Made by a program: the position numbers and the translations under genes. Below, piece by piece: positions 59,782-64,000 of a DNA stretch of 64,000 nucleotides (position 1 is its first letter; every line of letters starts with the position of its first letter). Source of the DNA: Chloroflexota bacterium (GTDB lineage: Bacteria > Chloroflexota > Dehalococcoidia > JACVQG01 > JAHKAY01); assembly GCA_018825785.1 (NCBI GenBank), contig JAHKAY010000020.1:2111-66110 (forward strand). Reading direction: 5' to 3'. The notes under the pieces are model-generated. The model saw only the letters and a program-made list of their open reading frames with translations, made no database searches and was not told the origin of the DNA.

Positions 59782-59908
59782 TTCCGGTCAACCGTGAACT
59801 CTCGTTGGCGTCCCAATCCGAGCAAGTCGGAAAACGAGTCTGCGTGAACTCGAATCCTGGCAATCCTCACTAGCGGAATTGGAGAAAGGGGCAGCAGGAC
59901 TTACTAAA

Positions 59909-62900
59909 ATGCCAAAACGAAGCGACATCAGGAAAGTCATGATAATCGGTTCTGGCCCCATTGTGATAGGACAGGCCTGCGAGTTCGACTACTCCGGGAC
60001 TCAGGCCTGCAAAGCCCTTCGCTCACTGGGCTACGAAGTCATGCTGGTGAACTCCAACCCAGCGACCATCATGACTGACCCAGGTATGGCCGACATCACC
60101 TATATTGAGCCGCTGACGGTGGAGTGCCTTACCAAGATAATCGAGAAGGAGCGCCCGGACGCAATCCTGCCGAACCTGGGCGGCCAGACAGGCCTGAACC
60201 TCAGCTCTGAGCTCGCGGAGGCAGGTGTGCTGGAAAAATACGGAGTAAGTGTTATCGGCGTTGACATTGAAGCCATACGTCGCGGCGAGGACCGGATTGC
60301 CTTCAAGAATACCATGATGATGCTTGGCCTTGACCTGCCGAGAAGCGAGGCTGTCTACAGCGTTCAGGACGCAGAGAGAGTCGCCACAGAGCTGAGGCTG
60401 CCTGTCGTGGTGCGTCCTGCCTACACGCTGGGCGGGACTGGTGGCGGCCTTGCCTACAACTTGGAGGAACTGCGCACCATCGTCAACCGAGGAATCACCA
60501 CCAGCCGCATCGGCCAGGTACTGATAGAGGAATCAGTGGAGGGCTGGGAAGAACTGGAACTCGAGGTGCTTCGGGACGCCAGGAACCAGATGATCACAGT
60601 GTGCTTCATTGAAAACGTTGACGCAATGGGCGTGCACACTGGCGACTCCTTCTGCGTTGCTCCCATGCTGACAATTGCCCCTGAGTTGCAGGGCAGGCTT
60701 CAGGACTACTCCTACCGCATCATGGAGACAATCAAGGTAATCGGCGGCTGCAACATCCAGTTCGCCCACAACCCGGAGACGGGGCGCGTTGTGGTCATCG
60801 AGATCAACCCAAGGACTTCTCGCTCTTCGGCACTCGCGTCAAAAGCCACAGGCTTCCCCATCGCCCGGATTTCGACGATGCTCGCCGCTGGCGTTACCCT
60901 TGACGAACTCCCCTACTGGCGTGCTGGCACGCTTGACAAGTACACTCCCTACGGTGACTACATTGTCGTGAAATTCGCCCGCTGGGCATTCGAGAAGTTC
61001 CGGAACGCCCAAGACAGACTGGGAACTCAGATGCGCGCTGTGGGCGAAGTTATGAGCATCGGGAAGACCTACAAGGAAGCCTTCCAAAAAGCCATTCGCT
61101 CATTGGAGAACGGACGTTACGGGCTGGGATTCGCCAAGGACTTCGACAAGAAACCGCTTGACGAACTGATGAGACTGCTGAATTACCCGACCAGCGAACG
61201 CCAGTTCATCATGTACGAAGCCCTCCGCAAGGGCGCAGATGTCCAGCAGTTGTCTGAGAAGACCTACATTAAGCCATGGTTTATCCAGCAGATGAGAGAA
61301 TTGGTCGGCCTGGAAGAGAAGATGCTCAAATACAAGGGGCAAATGCTTCCAGATGACCTGCTTACAGAGGCGAAGAAGGACGGCTTTTCAGACAAGTACC
61401 TTTCTCTGATACTCGGCATACCGGAAAGGGACATTCGCGAGAAGCGCAAGTCCCTTGGCGTGGTGGAGGGCTGGGATGCGGTCCCGGTAAGCGGGGTTGA
61501 CGACGCGGCCTACTACTACTCTACTTACAACGCACCGGACAGAGTGACATCCAGTGACCGCAAGAAGGTGATGGTGCTGGGCGCTGGCCCGAACCGCATT
61601 GGCCAGGGCATAGAGTTTGACTATTGCTGTGTACACGCCGCCTTGGCGCTCCGTGACATGGGCTACGAGACCATCATGGTCAACTGCAACCCAGAGACCG
61701 TCTCCACCGACTACGATACGTCCGACAAGCTATATTTCGAGCCCGTCACCGTTGAGGACATCCTGAGCATCTACGAGAAGGAGAAGCCGGAAGGGGTTAT
61801 AGTCCAGTTCGGCGGCCAGACACCCCTAAACATATCCCGTGACCTGGCTGAGGCCGGACTCCATATCCTCGGGACATCGCACGACGACATTGACCTGGCC
61901 AACGACCGCGGGCGATTCCGTGACATGATGAACAAGATAGGCATCCCAATGCCGGAATCCGGGATGGCCACCAAGCTCGAACAGGCACTTGAAATCGCAA
62001 AGCGCATCGGCTACCCCTTGATGGTGCGCCCGTCGTATGTGCTCGGTGGAAGGGGGATGGAGATAGTCTATGATGAGGAAATGCTCCGTGAATACGTTGT
62101 TGCAGCTGTGGGCGTTACCCCTGAGCGACCAATTCTCGTTGACAAATACCTGGAGAACGCCATTGAGACCGAGGCTGACGCACTGGCTGAGGGTGGCAAT
62201 GCCTTCGTGCCAGCGGTCATGGAACACATAGAGTTTGCCGGCGTTCACTCAGGAGATGCCGCCTGCGTCTTGCCCCCAGTCAGTCTTCCGCAGAAGCACA
62301 TAGACACGATCAACGATTACACCAAGAGGATTGCCAGGGACCTCAGAGTTGTCGGACTGATCAACATACAATTCGCCATATGCAGAGATGTCGTCTACGT
62401 CTTCGAAGCCAACCCCAGGGCGTCACGCACCGTGCCGCTCGTCTCCAAGGTGTGCAACGTGTCCATGGCACGGCTGGCTACCCAGCTCGCGGTGGGCAAG
62501 AAGCTGAAGGACCTCAACGTCGTGCATAGGAGAATCCCTCACTTCGGAGTCAAGGAGGCTGTTTTCCCATTCAACATGTTTCCCGAGGTGGACCCCATTC
62601 TAGGGCCGGAAATGAAGTCCACAGGCGAGGTGCTGGGAATCGCGGACTCATTTGGCCTAGCTTATTTCAAGGCCCAGGAGGCTGCGGGACAGTTGCCCCC
62701 TACCAAAGGGACGGTCTTGATCACGGTCTCAACAAGAGACCGACCAGCGGTGCTCGACGTTGCCAGAACATTAGCTGACCTCGGGTTCAAGATTAAGGCT
62801 ACAGTTGGCACTCGGGCCTTCCTTGCTGGCCACGGCATACCATCCGAACTCATACTGAAGGTCCACGAAGGTCGCCCCAATATCATGGATGCCATGGCCA

Positions 62901-63109
62901 ACCGGGAGATTCAACTTGTCATCAACACACCAATCGGCAAGCTCGGCCAGCATGATGACTCATACATTCGCAAGACCGCAGTCAAATACAAGATCCCATA
63001 CGTCACAACCTTGGCGGCGGCCGCCGCCGCAGCCAAAGGCATCGCCGCCTATCGCCAAGGCAAGTCAGGAGTCAGATCGCTGCAAAGCTACCACTCGGCC
63101 ATAGAGTGA
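59909..63109 (+). CDS. carB: Carbamoyl-phosphate synthase large subunit
   Basis: MPKRSDI..GSGPIVIGQACEFDYSG; two ATP-grasp halves; C-terminal MGS domain. Confidence 0.97.
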   Translation: MPKRSDIRKVMIIGSGPIVIGQACEFDYSGTQACKALRSLGYEVMLVNSNPATIMTDPGMADITYIEPLTVECLTKIIEKERPDAILPNLGGQTGLNLSSELAEAGVLEKYGVSVIGVDIEAIRRGEDRIAFKNTMMMLGLDLPRSEAVYSVQDAERVATELRLPVVVRPAYTLGGTGGGLAYNLEELRTIVNRGITTSRIGQVLIEESVEGWEELELEVLRDARNQMITVCFIENVDAMGVHTGDSFCVAPMLTIAPELQGRLQDYSYRIMETIKVIGGCNIQFAHNPETGRVVVIEINPRTSRSSALASKATGFPIARISTMLAAGVTLDELPYWRAGTLDKYTPYGDYIVVKFARWAFEKFRNAQDRLGTQMRAVGEVMSIGKTYKEAFQKAIRSLENGRYGLGFAKDFDKKPLDELMRLLNYPTSERQFIMYEALRKGADVQQLSEKTYIKPWFIQQMRELVGLEEKMLKYKGQMLPDDLLTEAKKDGFSDKYLSLILGIPERDIREKRKSLGVVEGWDAVPVSGVDDAAYYYSTYNAPDRVTSSDRKKVMVLGAGPNRIGQGIEFDYCCVHAALALRDMGYETIMVNCNPETVSTDYDTSDKLYFEPVTVEDILSIYEKEKPEGVIVQFGGQTPLNISRDLAEAGLHILGTSHDDIDLANDRGRFRDMMNKIGIPMPESGMATKLEQALEIAKRIGYPLMVRPSYVLGGRGMEIVYDEEMLREYVVAAVGVTPERPILVDKYLENAIETEADALAEGGNAFVPAVMEHIEFAGVHSGDAACVLPPVSLPQKHIDTINDYTKRIARDLRVVGLINIQFAICRDVVYVFEANPRASRTVPLVSKVCNVSMARLATQLAVGKKLKDLNVVHRRIPHFGVKEAVFPFNMFPEVDPILGPEMKSTGEVLGIADSFGLAYFKAQEAAGQLPPTKGTVLITVSTRDRPAVLDVARTLADLGFKIKATVGTRAFLAGHGIPSELILKVHEGRPNIMDAMANREIQLVINTPIGKLGQHDDSYIRKTAVKYKIPYVTTLAAAAAAAKGIAAYRQGKSGVRSLQSYHSAIE

Positions 63110-63195
63110 GTGTTTGTCTGGTTGTCTGAGTCCAGCGACGTAGCGAGGGCCAAGTACTAAGAGGGGATCCTCGACCGATGGGACCACGGTTCTCC

Positions 63196-63966
63196 TCATG
63201 TTCTGACAGCTATACCCTTCTGCTTCAGGTACCTCTTGGCTTCAGATACAGATATCTCCCCGAAGTGGAAGATAGAAGCGGCCAGAACAGCTGCTGCTTT
63301 CCCAATTGCGACCGCTTCGTAGAGGTGCTCTAGCTTCCCCGCACCGCCCGAAGCTATGACTGGTATGCCTACAGCTTCGGCAACGGCCCTTGTCATCTCC
63401 AGGTCATATCCTTGCTTGGTTCCGTCAGCATCCTTGCTGGTGAGCAGAATCTCCCCTGCACCCAGCTGCTCTACTCTCTTCGCCCATTTGACAATATCTA
63501 GCCCGGTCGCCTCGGTGCCACTCTTGACCACCACCTCCAGTCTGGGACGGCCGCTGTCAGGCGGATTCTTTCTGCCGTCGATGGCAACAACGAGCCTCCC
63601 TTTTCCGAACTCTTTGGAAGCTCGTGTCACAAGCTGTGGGTTCTTCACCGCGGCGGTGTTGATGGACACCTTGCTCACACCGAGGTCAAAAAGGTCTTGC
63701 ATGTCTTCCGTGCTGCTGATTCCACCCCCCACGGCGAAGGGGATCGTGACCTTATCGGCCACCTTCCTTACCCATTCCAACCGTGTCTTCCTATTCTCCA
63801 CTGTAGCCATAATGTCCAAGAACACAAGCTCATCTGCCCCTTCTCGGCAATAGGCTTCGGCCGCCTCTACGGGGTCACGAGCATCTCTCAGGTCAACGAA
63901 ATTCACCCCCTTGACTACCCTCCCATCTTTCACATCTAGACACGGTATGATTCTGACTGCGTCCAC
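63196..63966 (-). CDS. hisF: Imidazole glycerol phosphate synthase cyclase subunit
   Basis: [44 protein letters not shown]. Confidence 0.92.
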   Translation of the reverse strand: MDAVRIIPCLDVKDGRVVKGVNFVDLRDARDPVEAAEAYCREGADELVFLDIMATVENRKTRLEWVRKVADKVTIPFAVGGGISSTEDMQDLFDLGVSKVSINTAAVKNPQLVTRASKEFGKGRLVVAIDGRKNPPDSGRPRLEVVVKSGTEATGLDIVKWAKRVEQLGAGEILLTSKDADGTKQGYDLEMTRAVAEAVGIPVIASGGAGKLEHLYEAVAIGKAAAVLAASIFHFGEISVSEAKRYLKQKGIAVRT

Positions 63967-64000
63967 ACGATACCTCCTGAAATCCAATCAGCCAAATCCG

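Overview
This is a bacterial chromosome window. Gene content, P/T-rich lipoproteins and corrinoid salvage suggest a monoderm Chloroflexota/Dehalococcoidia-like anaerobe (inference). The left ~34.5 kb is an accessory island of visibly lower GC that ends at a tyrosine integrase next to a tRNA-Leu(CAG)/Arg(GCG)/Val(TAC) cluster. The island contains: (i) a large arsenic cluster (two arsR, Cys-pair AbrB-like gene, arsM, arsP, thioredoxin-like gene, two DGC proteins, a split permease pair, arsC, frameshifted DUF169, acr3, usp) that also encodes a soluble MtrA-type corrinoid protein fused to an AcsC/CdhE-type [4Fe-4S] domain; (ii) surface lipoproteins; (iii) a Type IIG-like R-M fusion and an SDH/ClpP-fold protease with a small partner; (iv) a frameshifted IS3; (v) a heliorhodopsin; (vi) an orphan ftsA mini-operon with no ftsZ; (vii) HTH/coiled-coil modules and two degenerate tRNA-3'-end att scars. 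The MtrA-FeS fusion is the top candidate for an undescribed B12-dependent metal(loid) methyl-transfer system. The right part is mostly core: cobalamin riboswitch-btuFCD, an Asp-box hydrolase with an Opp-type ABC operon, SBBP and collagen-like lipoproteins, rplY-cobTSCU, carB and hisF. All calls come from reading motifs by eye; no database searches were run.
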